From an uncultured Chthonomonadaceae bacterium (GTDB lineage: Bacteria; Armatimonadota; Chthonomonadetes; Chthonomonadales; Chthonomonadaceae), in contig CAWFQB010000001.1 in NCBI GenBank assembly GCA_963817895.1, forward strand, positions 704,001 through 768,000: 64,000 bases of DNA. The letters run 5' to 3'. Made by a program: the position numbers and the translations under genes. How positions within the stretch are numbered: position 1 is the first letter of the stretch; every line of letters starts with the position of its first letter. Positions 28,689-38,587 of the stretch are shown here, one piece after another. The notes beneath the pieces were generated by a model. The model was not told the origin of the DNA. It was given only the letters and a program-made list of their open reading frames with translations, and did not search any database.

Positions 28689-29726
28689 ATGCCAGACAAG
28701 AAACTCCGCGTGGGCATTATCGGCAGCGGCAGCATCGCCACCCATCGCCACGCGCCCGAATACGCCCTCAACCCCGATGTGGAAATCGTCGCGTTCGTGG
28801 ATCGCGTGCCGGAGCGGGCGGAAAAACTCGCCAAAAAGTACGACGCCAAAGCGTTCAGCAAAGCCGAAGATATTCTGAACATCAAAGACATGGACGCGGT
28901 AAGCGTTTGTACCCCCAACGCCTTCCACGCGCCCCTGACCATTGCCGCGTTTCAGGCCGGCAAGCACGTTCTGTGCGAAAAGCCGATGGCGACCAGCGCG
29001 GAAGAGGCCAAATCCATGATCTCCGCGTCTCAGGCGGCAGGCAAATTCCTGATGATCGGGCATAATCAGCGGCTCGCGCCCCTGCACGTCAAGGCGAAAG
29101 AACTGATTTCCAACGGCACGATTGGCAAAGTAATCAGTTTCCGCACCAGTTTCTCGCACCCCGGCCCGGAAAGCTGGAGCATCGAGGGCGCGACCGGCTG
29201 GTTCTTCGACAAAAAGCAGGCATTTGTCGGCACGATGGGCGACCTGGGCGTTCACAAGGCCGATTTAGTCCGCTGGCTGCTCGGCGAGGAAATCGTAGAA
29301 GTGGCCTCGATGGTGGAGCATCTGGAAAAACCGATGGGCGACGTGGACGACAACGCCGTGTGCCTGCTGAAATCGCAGACGGGCGCTATCGGCACATTAA
29401 CGGCTTCGTGGACGCACTATCCGGGCGAGGACAACGCCACCTATCTCTTCGGCAGCAAGGGGCATATCCGCATAGGAGCCGACCCGAAGTTCAGCGTGAT
29501 GTGTTTCCTGAAAACGGGGGAAAAGCAGTATTTTGAAGTGGGCGCGATGCAGACCAACGAGGGCGGCGGGCAAAGCGATACGGGCGTTATCCTCGCCTTC
29601 GTAACCAGCATCCTGACCAACACGCCCCCGGCTATCAGCGGCGACGAGGGCCGCAAAGCCCTCGCCATCATCCTCGCCTGCCTGAAGTCCTCGGAAACCA
29701 AGCAGTTCGTCAAGGTAGAAATTTAG
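28689..29726 (+). CDS. Gfo/Idh/MocA oxidoreductase
   Basis: GIIGSGSIA, AGKHVLCEKP, DLGVH. Confidence 0.95.
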   Translation: MPDKKLRVGIIGSGSIATHRHAPEYALNPDVEIVAFVDRVPERAEKLAKKYDAKAFSKAEDILNIKDMDAVSVCTPNAFHAPLTIAAFQAGKHVLCEKPMATSAEEAKSMISASQAAGKFLMIGHNQRLAPLHVKAKELISNGTIGKVISFRTSFSHPGPESWSIEGATGWFFDKKQAFVGTMGDLGVHKADLVRWLLGEEIVEVASMVEHLEKPMGDVDDNAVCLLKSQTGAIGTLTASWTHYPGEDNATYLFGSKGHIRIGADPKFSVMCFLKTGEKQYFEVGAMQTNEGGGQSDTGVILAFVTSILTNTPPAISGDEGRKALAIILACLKSSETKQFVKVEI

Positions 29727-29811
29727 GAGAGAGGGGAACCGCAAAACTGTTCTTTTTCGTTTATTTCGTGTGTTTCGCGGTTCCCTCTTCTCCTCAATGG
29801 GGTTAATGATT

Positions 29812-30807
29812 ATGCCGTTTGCCAGTTTTACGCTTCGCAGGAAACCTGTTCGCTCAAAATTTTGCGCCGCTTTCTCAATGGGCGTTGCGCTTGCCGTTTG
29901 CGCCCTGCCTGCGCTGCTTGCCGGGTGTAGCAGCCCCGTTGGTTATTCGTCGGGCGGCGCGACACTGCCCGTTACGTCAGGAACGCGCCTGCTGTTCGAT
30001 ACGCAGGCGTTTGCCGACAATGCGTTCACATCGGGAATTGACACCATTGCGCCGGACGGCAGCAATTTTCAGCGGCTCGTCAGCGACGCTTCAGCCGCAA
30101 TGCCCCGTTTCAGCGCGGATGGAACCAAACTTATCTATGAAGCGGGGTCAGGAACTGCCTCGCTTCTTGTTTCCAGCGCCGATGGTTCCAGCACTCGCGG
30201 GCTTGGGCCAGGGGGCGATGTTTCATTTCCCGCGTTTCGGCCTGACGGCAAAGTCGTTGTCTACGTAGGCAATTCCAAAGAACTGGCTACTGTGAACAGC
30301 GACGGCTCATCGTATCGTAAAATATACGCGCCCCCGGCAGGCTACAGCCTGTCCCATCCCGTTTACATGCCGGACGGAAACCGCATCGTCTTTGAGGTGG
30401 ACCCGAACCCGGAAACCAGCGACGCGCCGAAAGTATACGTTATCAATGCCGATGGCAGCAGCCGTCGTCAGGTCGGCTCGGACTTCAGCATAACGCCCGC
30501 CGTGAGTCCCGACGGTAAGCGCATCGCATACGGCGCGGTTGCCGAGAACAGCAGTACGACAACAAACTTGTTTGTAACCAACAGCAACGGAACAGGGCAA
30601 ACGACCGGGCCGCTTGCGTCCGCCGCCTCACATCCTGTTTTCAGCCCGGACGGCGCGAAAATCGCGTACCTCAAACTCGTAGACAGCAGCGCGTTTATCA
30701 ATAGCAGTCCCACCTGTGAGATTCACATTATCAACGTGGACGGCACGGGCGATATGCGCGTTGGCGCGAAACTGGCTGTCGGGACAAACTCGCTTGACTG
30801 GCGCTAA
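29812..30807 (+). CDS. TolB-like (PD40) beta-propeller lipoprotein
   Basis: Lipobox LAGC; repeated P.FSPDG.KI.Y and INADGS motifs; start uncertain. Confidence 0.85.
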   Translation: MPFASFTLRRKPVRSKFCAAFSMGVALAVCALPALLAGCSSPVGYSSGGATLPVTSGTRLLFDTQAFADNAFTSGIDTIAPDGSNFQRLVSDASAAMPRFSADGTKLIYEAGSGTASLLVSSADGSSTRGLGPGGDVSFPAFRPDGKVVVYVGNSKELATVNSDGSSYRKIYAPPAGYSLSHPVYMPDGNRIVFEVDPNPETSDAPKVYVINADGSSRRQVGSDFSITPAVSPDGKRIAYGAVAENSSTTTNLFVTNSNGTGQTTGPLASAASHPVFSPDGAKIAYLKLVDSSAFINSSPTCEIHIINVDGTGDMRVGAKLAVGTNSLDWR

Positions 30808-30841
30808 ATTCCCGGCGAGTACAACATGTTGGAGGAGCATA

Positions 30842-31645
30842 ATGGGTGAGATAAACAGGATAGAGGAAGCAACCGAAGCAAGCGCGTCCAATATTGCCGA
30901 GGCAGGCTCGGTTGCGGAGGTGAATGTGCTGTTGAGGCAGATACCGTTGTTCACGGCGTTTTCCTCACAGGTCGCGTCCGACATGGCGCGGCGCATGACG
31001 GAGCGCGTGTTGCCGGCGGGCGAAAACATTTTCCATCAGGGCGAAGTGGGACAGGAACTGCTGATTATTCAGCGCGGCAGCGTGAAAATATTCCTGCCCG
31101 ATGCCGACAACCCGGAAGAGGCCGTCCTCGCCATTCTCAATGACGGCGAGTTTTTCGGGGAACTGTCCCTGCTGGACGGGCAGCCGCGCAGCGCGTCCGC
31201 CGTAACCTTGCGGGAAACAACTCTGCTGTCGCTACAAAGGGAAGCCTTTTACCGGGCGCTGCATACGGATTACAGGGCCGTCGCGCATGTGATTTCCGTG
31301 TTGTGCCAGCGGCTTCGCGCAACGGATACGCGCCTTGCCGAATCCGCCTTCCGCGACGTTCGGGAACGGGTGGCAAAGTATCTCTGGCATCTGACGGAAC
31401 ACGATACGGAACCCACCTCCATCGGCCTGCGCGTGAAAACGCCGGTTTCCGAAGCGGAACTGGCGCGGGGCGTGGGCGCTACTGTGGAACGAGTGTGCGC
31501 CGAACTGAACCGTCTCAGCCGTGAACTGGTGATCGCCTGGCAGGAGGGTGAACTGACAATCCTCAAGCCGCACGACCTGCGCGATATGGCGCATGGCGGA
31601 AGCGCCAGCGCCGCCATCACGGTTCCCGACTGGCTGCTCGGTTAA
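30842..31645 (+). CDS. Crp/Fnr-family transcriptional regulator
   Basis: cNMP-binding GEFFGELSLLDGQPRSASA; C-terminal HTH ELARGVGATVERV. Confidence 0.92.
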   Translation: MGEINRIEEATEASASNIAEAGSVAEVNVLLRQIPLFTAFSSQVASDMARRMTERVLPAGENIFHQGEVGQELLIIQRGSVKIFLPDADNPEEAVLAILNDGEFFGELSLLDGQPRSASAVTLRETTLLSLQREAFYRALHTDYRAVAHVISVLCQRLRATDTRLAESAFRDVRERVAKYLWHLTEHDTEPTSIGLRVKTPVSEAELARGVGATVERVCAELNRLSRELVIAWQEGELTILKPHDLRDMAHGGSASAAITVPDWLLG

Positions 31646-31658
31646 ACAATGTTGGTCA

Positions 31659-32636
31659 TCACTGTAGGTCGGGTTCGCGGCGGACGCGCACGGCGACTTC
31701 CATGTGGGAGGAGGGGCCGCGATACACGCCGCGCACGGGCAGCACATCGCCATAATCGCGGCCATAATGCGATTTGATGTAATACTCATTGGTGACAAGG
31801 TTGTTGGTGGGGTCGAAGCCGCGCCATTTGCCGTCCGGCATTAAACATTCCACCCAGGCGTGCATGGCGTTGCCGCCAACCAGTTCTTCCTCTTCGTCGT
31901 TGAGAGTGGGCAGCGTGTCCAACGCGACATTGCCGCCCCTGTCCTCCCGTTCCCACTCGGATTGGCTGAACCTGCCCGCTCCACCAAAGGAATTCACTTC
32001 GGCAGGCGCGGCTTCGCCCGTGAATAAATACCCGCTGACATACCGGGCGGGAATTCCCTGTCTACGGCACACGCTCAACATCAGGTGCGCGAAATCCTGA
32101 CACACGCCCTGCTTGTTTTCCAGAACTTCCATCAGGGATGTATGGATGGTTGTCGCGCCCGGCGCGAACGTGAACGCGCGGTGCAGCAGGCGTGTCAGGG
32201 CGATCAGGAAGGACGCGGTTCCCACGCCCGCCTGCTTGCGGGCCACTGCCGCGATACGGTCGGTTTCCGGGGGAAGCGGGACGCGCGCAGTGGGCTGAAG
32301 ATACTCGAACCAAGCTTGCCGAATGTCGGGGCGGGCGTAAAAGTCCCGATCGTCGGCAACTAATTGCAGGCCGGAAAATGGATTGGCGCGATGGGTGACA
32401 ACCAGCGCTTCCGCCCGGATCGTGAGTTCCCGATGCGGCGCGCGCAGGTTGAAATGGTGTACCCGACCCCACGCCGAGTCGTAGGCAAACACGCGGACAG
32501 GCGGCGTCACGCTCAGGCGAAAATCCAGACAGGTCTGATCGTCGTCACTGAGCGGCATCAGCCGAGCTTCATTGACGCTGTTGATCGCCGGGGAGGAGTA
32601 CAGATACCGGGTCGTATGGAGTACGCGCAGGCGCAA
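31659..32636 (-). CDS. Transglutaminase-family protein
   Basis: HTTRYLY N-domain, GVCQDFAH, ARYVSGY, HAWVE, FDPTN, GRDYGDV. Confidence 0.95.
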   Translation of the reverse strand: MRLRVLHTTRYLYSSPAINSVNEARLMPLSDDDQTCLDFRLSVTPPVRVFAYDSAWGRVHHFNLRAPHRELTIRAEALVVTHRANPFSGLQLVADDRDFYARPDIRQAWFEYLQPTARVPLPPETDRIAAVARKQAGVGTASFLIALTRLLHRAFTFAPGATTIHTSLMEVLENKQGVCQDFAHLMLSVCRRQGIPARYVSGYLFTGEAAPAEVNSFGGAGRFSQSEWEREDRGGNVALDTLPTLNDEEEELVGGNAMHAWVECLMPDGKWRGFDPTNNLVTNEYYIKSHYGRDYGDVLPVRGVYRGPSSHMEVAVRVRREPDLQ

Positions 32637-32650
32637 GAAAAGTCCCTTTT

Positions 32651-32743
32651 CAGGGAGCAGGGAGTAGGTTGTAGGGAGTAGGACACTGCGCTCGTTGCAT
32701 ACGGCTTTCCCTACTCCCTACTCCCTACAACCTACTCCCTGCT
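32651..32743. repeat. Inverted (GGGAGTA)-type heptamer arrays
   Basis: Perfect 27-bp inverted repeat 32656-32682 / 32717-32743 between the alpha-E and transglutaminase genes. Confidence 0.9.
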
Positions 32744-33797
32744 AATACGACAGATACGCGCGCGTAATGGCGTTGCCGATATTCGCGCAGCGTGTCTGAA
32801 CGTCTTCTAAAAACTCGTGCAGGCCGTCGCGAATGATCTCTTTGGGCTGCGAATAGGTCAAGTCGGCGCGAAGCCGTCCTAAGAGACGTTCCGGCTCCGT
32901 GGAAGGTTCCTGACTCTGATTGCCGCTGATACGATGCAGACACCCCTCCACGCGCCCGATGCCGTGCCGAACGGACGCGGGAAAGCGCGGGTTAAGAACC
33001 AGAAAATCCACGACATGTGAGGGCTTGATGCCGTCCTGATGCGTTTTGCGGTACATCTCGAACGCGCTGACGGATTTGAGAACCGCGATCCAGCCGTGCA
33101 TGTCCAAAGCCCCGCCCACGCCATACGCGCTCAGGGTCGGCGGTTCAGCGCGCGCTATCGTTCCCTCGATGCTGTCCGTTACCGCCTCGGTTCCGGGATT
33201 CTGGTAGGGCGGCAGCAGGTCGTGGTACTTCACGTCCAGCAGGCGGGCGGTCTGGTCAGCGCGTTCCAGAAAGCGGCCCGTGTCCAGCCAATCCCGCGCT
33301 TCGCTCATCAGCATGGTGCGATTGAGAATGCCCTGCAACAGATAGGAAGCGTCCTTGACGGTTTGAAAAAACTCGTGCGGCCCGGTCGCGAGGACGCGAT
33401 CCACGTCCCACTCGCGCAATTTCAGATACGAGATATTCAGGCTTTCCCACATTTCCGAGGCGATCTGTTCGCGGATACAGCGCGCGTTTTCCCGCGCCTT
33501 TTTCCACACGGTCAGAATGGCGTTGGAATGATCGGGGTCGAAGGCGAAATAGTACAAGACGTCGCGGTCGGTTTCCGTGTCGTAGCGTTGGCGGAACGAT
33601 TCGGCGCTGCTGGAAATCGCCAGAATGGACTGCCAGCGCAGGGTGCTGATTTCGCTGTCCGTATGCCCATCGCGATATGGCGAGAGGGGCGACTCCAGCG
33701 CGGCATGGTAATGCACATCCACCATGCGCGCGGTCGCTTCCGCCCGCTCCACATACCGCCCGATCCAATAACACGAATCCGCGTCTCGGCTCAACAT
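32742..33797 (-). CDS. Alpha-E domain protein (DUF403)
   Basis: MLSR...YWIGRYVERAE and GRFLERADQTARLLDVK ER motifs; alternative start at 33827. Confidence 0.95.
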   Translation of the reverse strand: MLSRDADSCYWIGRYVERAEATARMVDVHYHAALESPLSPYRDGHTDSEISTLRWQSILAISSSAESFRQRYDTETDRDVLYYFAFDPDHSNAILTVWKKARENARCIREQIASEMWESLNISYLKLREWDVDRVLATGPHEFFQTVKDASYLLQGILNRTMLMSEARDWLDTGRFLERADQTARLLDVKYHDLLPPYQNPGTEAVTDSIEGTIARAEPPTLSAYGVGGALDMHGWIAVLKSVSAFEMYRKTHQDGIKPSHVVDFLVLNPRFPASVRHGIGRVEGCLHRISGNQSQEPSTEPERLLGRLRADLTYSQPKEIIRDGLHEFLEDVQTRCANIGNAITRAYLSY

Positions 33798-33849
33798 GCC
33801 CTCATACTCCCAAAATATAGTTGTCATCTACTTACAACATCTGTTTCAA

Positions 33850-34022
33850 CTACTCGTTATTGCCGCTCAGAATTTGATGCTGTCCCTGCCCGAAGCCCTG
33901 CGACTGCAACATGCCGCCCATTGTCTGCGTTTGCGCCATTCCTGTCCCTTGTTCCCGGTTCCCCATGCTCTGTGATTGCGTCATGGCGTCGCGCGCGAGT
34001 ACCCATGTATCCTTGCTGCCGC
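33850..34022 (-). pseudogene. Orphan duplicate of the ATP-grasp gene 3' end
   Basis: In-frame [56 protein letters not shown], homologous to 34595-34743. Confidence 0.9.
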
Positions 34023-34427
34023 AGTCTGCGCTTCCTCTGTTTCTGTCGCTTCAATCACGCTGTCGCGCAGAGTGATCACAGGGGAATGAAAGTTGACGCG
34101 CTTCATAAGATTACGCAGTTCGGTGGCGACATCGGCAGGAGGGTTGCCAGCCAGTCCCGCAGCGGCCATGCGTTCCGCCTCGCGCGTTTCGCCGCAATCT
34201 AAAGCCAACAGCCCTGCGCTGCGGAACAAAATAGATCGTGTTGGCTCCATATCCCTGACGGCAAACAACGCTTCCGCAGCCAGTCGTTCGGCTTCAAAAG
34301 CGGCATGGAAATACTGAATTGCCGTCTGTGGATCATTATTACGCCGCGCAGCCAGCGCCGCATCGGTAAGCTCCATGGCTCGCAGATGATCCTGTTCAAC
34401 TTGTTGTTGTATGTCACGTTGCATCAC
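33981..34427 (-). CDS. Hypothetical alpha-helical protein (EPTRS.L.RSA motif); 3' end runs into the duplicated segment
   Basis: GGAGG RBS; HLRAMELTD...EPTRSILFRSAGLLALDCGETREAE...GNPPADVATELR. Confidence 0.7.
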   Translation of the reverse strand: MMQRDIQQQVEQDHLRAMELTDAALAARRNNDPQTAIQYFHAAFEAERLAAEALFAVRDMEPTRSILFRSAGLLALDCGETREAERMAAAGLAGNPPADVATELRNLMKRVNFHSPVITLRDSVIEATETEEAQTAAARIHGYSRATP

Positions 34428-34569
34428 GATACGTTACCTCCGCCATTGGCGTACTGAATTCCACTACGACAACAACTGCGGGAAGGTTTGTATTGTCGGA
34501 AACCGAAGTCTGCGCGACTTTTTGCCGGATGCGTCGCTTCACCTCCTGCTCATCTCCAGCGTTAATACT
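34414..34569 (-). pseudogene. Start-less 3' remnant of a partner gene
   Basis: Open frame SINAGDEQEVKRRIRQKVAQTSVSDNTNLPAVVVVVEFSTPMAEVTYRDAT* whose stop overlaps the start of 33981..34427. Confidence 0.55.
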
Positions 34570-34594
34570 AATTATACGAGTTCGGGATAGCCGC

Positions 34595-36154
34595 TCACTC
34601 GTTATTGCCGCTCAGGATTTGATGTTGGCCCTGCCCAAAGCCCTGCGACTGCGACATGCCGCCCATTGTCTGCGACTGCATACCCATACCCTGCGATTGC
34701 GTCATGGCGTCGTGGGCGAGAACCCATGTATCTTTGCTGCCGCCGCCCTGCGAGCTGTTGACGACATACGAACCTTTTTTCAGCGCTACGCGGGTCAGGC
34801 CGCCGGGAATAATGGTGATGTTGTCGTTTTTGCCATAGAGAATATAGGGGCGCAGGTCTATATGCCGCCCCTCGAAATGATCCTCCACAAAAGCGGGCGC
34901 GCGGGACAGGCCAATAAGCGGCTGCGCGATATAATTCCGCGGTTCGGCTTTTATCTTTTCGGCAAACTCGTCGCGCTCGGCCTGCGTCGCCTGCGGTCCC
35001 ATCAACATGCCGTAGCCGCCCGACTCGTTCGCCGCTTTCACCACCAGTTTATCCAGATTGGCAAGGATGTGCGACTGGTCGGACGGCTTCCACGCGAGAT
35101 ACGTTTCTACATTCGGCAAAATCGGGTCTTGCTGTAAATAGTATTTAATGATCTCCGGCACGTAAGCGTACATCACCTTGTCGTCGGCCACGCCCGTGCC
35201 GATGCTGTTGGCAAGCGCGACGTTGCCCGCCCGGTACGCATTGACCAGTCCCGGCGCGCCCAAAGCGCTATTAGGCCGGAACACGAGCGGGTCTAAAAAG
35301 TCGTCGTCCACGCGGCGATAAATCACGTCCACGCGCTGCGGGCCTCTGGTGGTTTTCATATAAACGATGTTGTCGTCTACAAATAAATCACGGCCCTCTA
35401 CGAGTTCCACGCCCAACTGCTGCGCGAGAAAAGCGTGTTCAAAGTACGCGCTGTTGTACACGCCCGGAGTCAGCAGCACGACGGTCGGCGCTTCATCGCG
35501 GTCATGGGGCGCGAGTTCGCGCAGGTTTTGCAGCAGTTGCGTGGTGTAGTGGCTGACGGGGCGAACGGGCAGGTCGCGAAACAGGGACGGCAAAATGCGC
35601 GTCAGAATCGAGCGGTTTTCCAGCACGTAGCTGACGCCGGAGGGGGTGCGCAAATTGTCTTCCAGAACGCGGTACGTGCCATGTTCATCACGTATCAAAT
35701 CCGTGCCGCAAATGTGGACATAGATGCCGCCGGGCGGGTCCGCGCCGATAAACTCGCGCCGAAAATTGGCCGCGCCCACAATCAGTTCGCGCGGGATGAT
35801 GTTATCCGCCGCGATTTTCTGGTCGTGGTAAACGTCATGCAGGAACATATTCAGCGCGGTCAGGCGTTGTTTGAGGCCGCGCTCAATGTGATCCCACTCA
35901 TCGGCAGGCACGATGCGGGGAATCAGATCGAATGGGAAGGGTTTTTCCACGCCCTTCTCGTCGCCGTACACGGCAAACGTAATGCCCTGATTGATGAGGG
36001 TTAAATCGGCAAGCGTGACGCGGCGCTTGTAATCTTCCAGCGACATTTGCTCTACGCGCTGAAACAGTTTGCGATAGTGCGGACGCGGCTGTCCGTCGGG
36101 CGCGAACATCTCGTCATAGAAACCGTCGTTTTGATAGTTATCGAACAGGGACAT
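34595..36154 (-). CDS. Circularly permuted type 2 ATP-grasp protein
   Basis: [55 protein letters not shown]; Gln/Gly/Met-rich tail. Confidence 0.96.
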   Translation of the reverse strand: MSLFDNYQNDGFYDEMFAPDGQPRPHYRKLFQRVEQMSLEDYKRRVTLADLTLINQGITFAVYGDEKGVEKPFPFDLIPRIVPADEWDHIERGLKQRLTALNMFLHDVYHDQKIAADNIIPRELIVGAANFRREFIGADPPGGIYVHICGTDLIRDEHGTYRVLEDNLRTPSGVSYVLENRSILTRILPSLFRDLPVRPVSHYTTQLLQNLRELAPHDRDEAPTVVLLTPGVYNSAYFEHAFLAQQLGVELVEGRDLFVDDNIVYMKTTRGPQRVDVIYRRVDDDFLDPLVFRPNSALGAPGLVNAYRAGNVALANSIGTGVADDKVMYAYVPEIIKYYLQQDPILPNVETYLAWKPSDQSHILANLDKLVVKAANESGGYGMLMGPQATQAERDEFAEKIKAEPRNYIAQPLIGLSRAPAFVEDHFEGRHIDLRPYILYGKNDNITIIPGGLTRVALKKGSYVVNSSQGGGSKDTWVLAHDAMTQSQGMGMQSQTMGGMSQSQGFGQGQHQILSGNNE

Positions 36155-36259
36155 AGGGGCTACCTGCTGCAAACGGTTGGATTTCGCGACAGGCACGGCA
36201 TTGTGCGCAAGAGGGATAGCGTATTATATCCTTTTGGGAGGCAGTTGTAAAGGGGAATG

Positions 36260-36847
36260 TTATCTGAGCCGCGCTCCCGCTTTTACAGCAGCCTGCACGA
36301 GGGCATCGGTTTGTGTTTCCGTGCCGACAAATTCTCCCAGATCGCCGCTGATGGTGCAGCCCTTGCACAACTCCTCCAGATCAACGTAAGCGCTTTTATC
36401 TCCGTGATGAAAATGACCTTTGTAAACCTGCGCGGAGAAATCCGGTCTCAGATCGAAAGTGGCGCCCTGCTGAAGCAGCATGGTGACAATATCAATATTG
36501 GGATAGTATTGCGGAGAAAAACTCGCGCCGGTGTGCAGGCTTAACTTGTTCAAAGCAATGGTAAGAGCGGATTTGGTTGCGGAATTAGAAGGCTTGCGAC
36601 TGAAGCGTTCGCGGAGAAATTTCCAGAGGGAAGGGGCGTCCGCACTGCCGGAACCGCGCGCGTTTGGGTTTGCGCCTTGCGCCAGCAATGCTGTGACAGC
36701 GGAGGTGTCATCGCGCCGAATGGCGGCAAGCAGTTGGCTGTTCCGCCATTGCTGCTGCAAGCCGGGAACAACGCGCCATGCGCTGAATAAACAGAGCGCG
36801 GCAGGCAATACAAAGCAAAGCAGCAAAAGGCGGCGTTTACGGTTCAT
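36260..36847 (-). CDS. Membrane-anchored protein with ankyrin-like repeats
   Basis: N-terminal TM; LLAAIRRDDTSAVTALLAQGANPNA; IVTMLLQQGA. Confidence 0.65.
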   Translation of the reverse strand: MNRKRRLLLLCFVLPAALCLFSAWRVVPGLQQQWRNSQLLAAIRRDDTSAVTALLAQGANPNARGSGSADAPSLWKFLRERFSRKPSNSATKSALTIALNKLSLHTGASFSPQYYPNIDIVTMLLQQGATFDLRPDFSAQVYKGHFHHGDKSAYVDLEELCKGCTISGDLGEFVGTETQTDALVQAAVKAGARLR

Positions 36848-36862
36848 GGTAGTAATTCCTGC

Positions 36863-37444
36863 TCAGGGCGTGGAAGCATTGTCGGGAAACAGCCGATGCA
36901 GAGGAAAAGTAAAACCGGGCAGAACGTCCTCACCTGTCAGCGTGTCGTTTATGCTCAACTGACGCGGTGTTTCGTTCGGGCGATAAATGGTCAGAATGCG
37001 AGTGGCAGGATTGAACTCCCATCCAAGCCGTACTCCCGCCCGTAACCAGCGGCGCATTTTACCTTCCGCTTCCGTTGCGGTGTCGCTTGGTGAGCGCACT
37101 TCAAGGACAATATCAGGAACAACGGCGGAAAATCCGGATAGGGCTTCGCCTATCAGTCGGCCACGGGCGGTAAATGCCCAATCCGGCCCCATTGTTGTGT
37201 CCGGGTTGCGTTGCACGATGAAGCGCGTTTCCGCCGCGTAGCATCTTCCGAGATTGTGTTCCAAAACGTAAACGGTGGCATACGCCCCTAATGTCATGGT
37301 TACAGCGCCGTGCTGTTCGCCGGGCATGGGAGGCATAGGCGTTAATTCTCCTTCAATCAAGTCCAAGCGCAAATCGCTGTCCATCCGCTCGAACTCTTCC
37401 ACTGTTACCAGTTTGCCTGTTTCTTTGATTGCAGTGGCTGCCAT
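36863..37444 (-). CDS. Uma2-family (DUF820) protein
   Basis: DLIEGEL, GPDWAF, VPDIVLEVRSPSD, GEDVLPGF. Confidence 0.92.
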   Translation of the reverse strand: MAATAIKETGKLVTVEEFERMDSDLRLDLIEGELTPMPPMPGEQHGAVTMTLGAYATVYVLEHNLGRCYAAETRFIVQRNPDTTMGPDWAFTARGRLIGEALSGFSAVVPDIVLEVRSPSDTATEAEGKMRRWLRAGVRLGWEFNPATRILTIYRPNETPRQLSINDTLTGEDVLPGFTFPLHRLFPDNASTP

Positions 37445-37508
37445 GTCACGCCTCACATTCTAATCGGAATATCTGTTAAAGCCCCTGTAAGGAACCTCGT
37501 TTTCATTA

Positions 37509-38570
37509 GATACTCCGACAAATAAGTTTGGATTTATTCTTGGCGCGGGTAGAATAGACGTATGAACCTTCACGAACTTGGCCGCTATCCCGAAAACAAA
37601 GTCCGTTCGCTCTTCGGACTACCCCACGCCGCCTTAGCTGAACTCTTCCTGGCAGCGCTTCCCGAAATCGAGCGCCGTCGCCAACAAGAACAGGCCAACA
37701 AGCCCACGCGCCGCCGCAAGGTGGGAGGCGGCCGCAAACGCCTGCTCAAGCCCTACCAGGAAGTGTTGCTGACGCTGCTGTACCTGCGCCACAACGTCGC
37801 CTTCTCTGTGGTGGGCATGCTGTTTGGCGTCAGCGCCGATGTGGCGGAGAACACCTTCCATGAGATTGTCGGCGTCCTCAAAGACGTGTGTCCGGCCAAC
37901 CGCTGGGAAGCGGAGAAACGCTGGACCAAGAAAGAACCCTCCTGGAAGCCCGAGGAGGTGGATCAGGTGATTGTGGATAGTTTCGAGACGCCGGTTCCGC
38001 GTCCCTCGATTGAACCCAAGCAACGCGCCTTCTACTCGGGCAAGAAGAAAGACCACACGCTCAAGACCGAGGTCATCACCAACCGCAATGGCGACATTCT
38101 TGATGTGGATGCGGGCTATCGCGGCCCGAAGTCGGACAAGAAAGTGCATGAGCAGAGTACGGTTGCCAAGCAGTTTCCCCATGCGACGGTCAAAGGCGAT
38201 CTGGCCTATCAAGGCTTACCCCACAGCGAAGTGCCGCACAAGAAGCCACGCGGAGGCGCGTTGAGCGCTGTGCAGAAAGAAGAGAACCGCGCCTTTTCCT
38301 CAGGGCGTGTGCGTGTCGAACATAGTATCCGGCGCGTCAAAGCGTTTCGGATGGTGCGTGATGAATATCGTCTGGCGACGGGATTGTTCCGTCGCACTTG
38401 CTTCTGTGTGGTGGGTCTGGTGCAATTGATCGCGCTGACACGCGAGCCGCAAGGCGCGTAAGCCGGGAAAAGTAAACGCGGAAAAAGGGTTTTCGACGGG
38501 TGGAGTGTGTCTGCTCCACCTGAGCGCTAGCCTGCCTCAAAACAGCCTATATACTATTTGTCGGAGTATC
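37509..38570 (+). mobile_element. IS5-family insertion sequence (ISL2-like), apparently intact
   Basis: Terminal inverted repeats GATACTCCGACAAATA / TATTTGTCGGAGTATC with TA on both sides (likely target duplication); single transposase. Confidence 0.93.
37562..38461 (+). CDS. DDE transposase (IS5/ISL2 type)
   Basis: GGGRKR, LLTLLYLRH, IVDSFE, YSGKKKDHTLK, GDLAYQG, RVRVEHSIRRVK. Confidence 0.95.
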   Translation: MNLHELGRYPENKVRSLFGLPHAALAELFLAALPEIERRRQQEQANKPTRRRKVGGGRKRLLKPYQEVLLTLLYLRHNVAFSVVGMLFGVSADVAENTFHEIVGVLKDVCPANRWEAEKRWTKKEPSWKPEEVDQVIVDSFETPVPRPSIEPKQRAFYSGKKKDHTLKTEVITNRNGDILDVDAGYRGPKSDKKVHEQSTVAKQFPHATVKGDLAYQGLPHSEVPHKKPRGGALSAVQKEENRAFSSGRVRVEHSIRRVKAFRMVRDEYRLATGLFRRTCFCVVGLVQLIALTREPQGA

Positions 38571-38587
38571 TATTATAGCAGAAGTGG

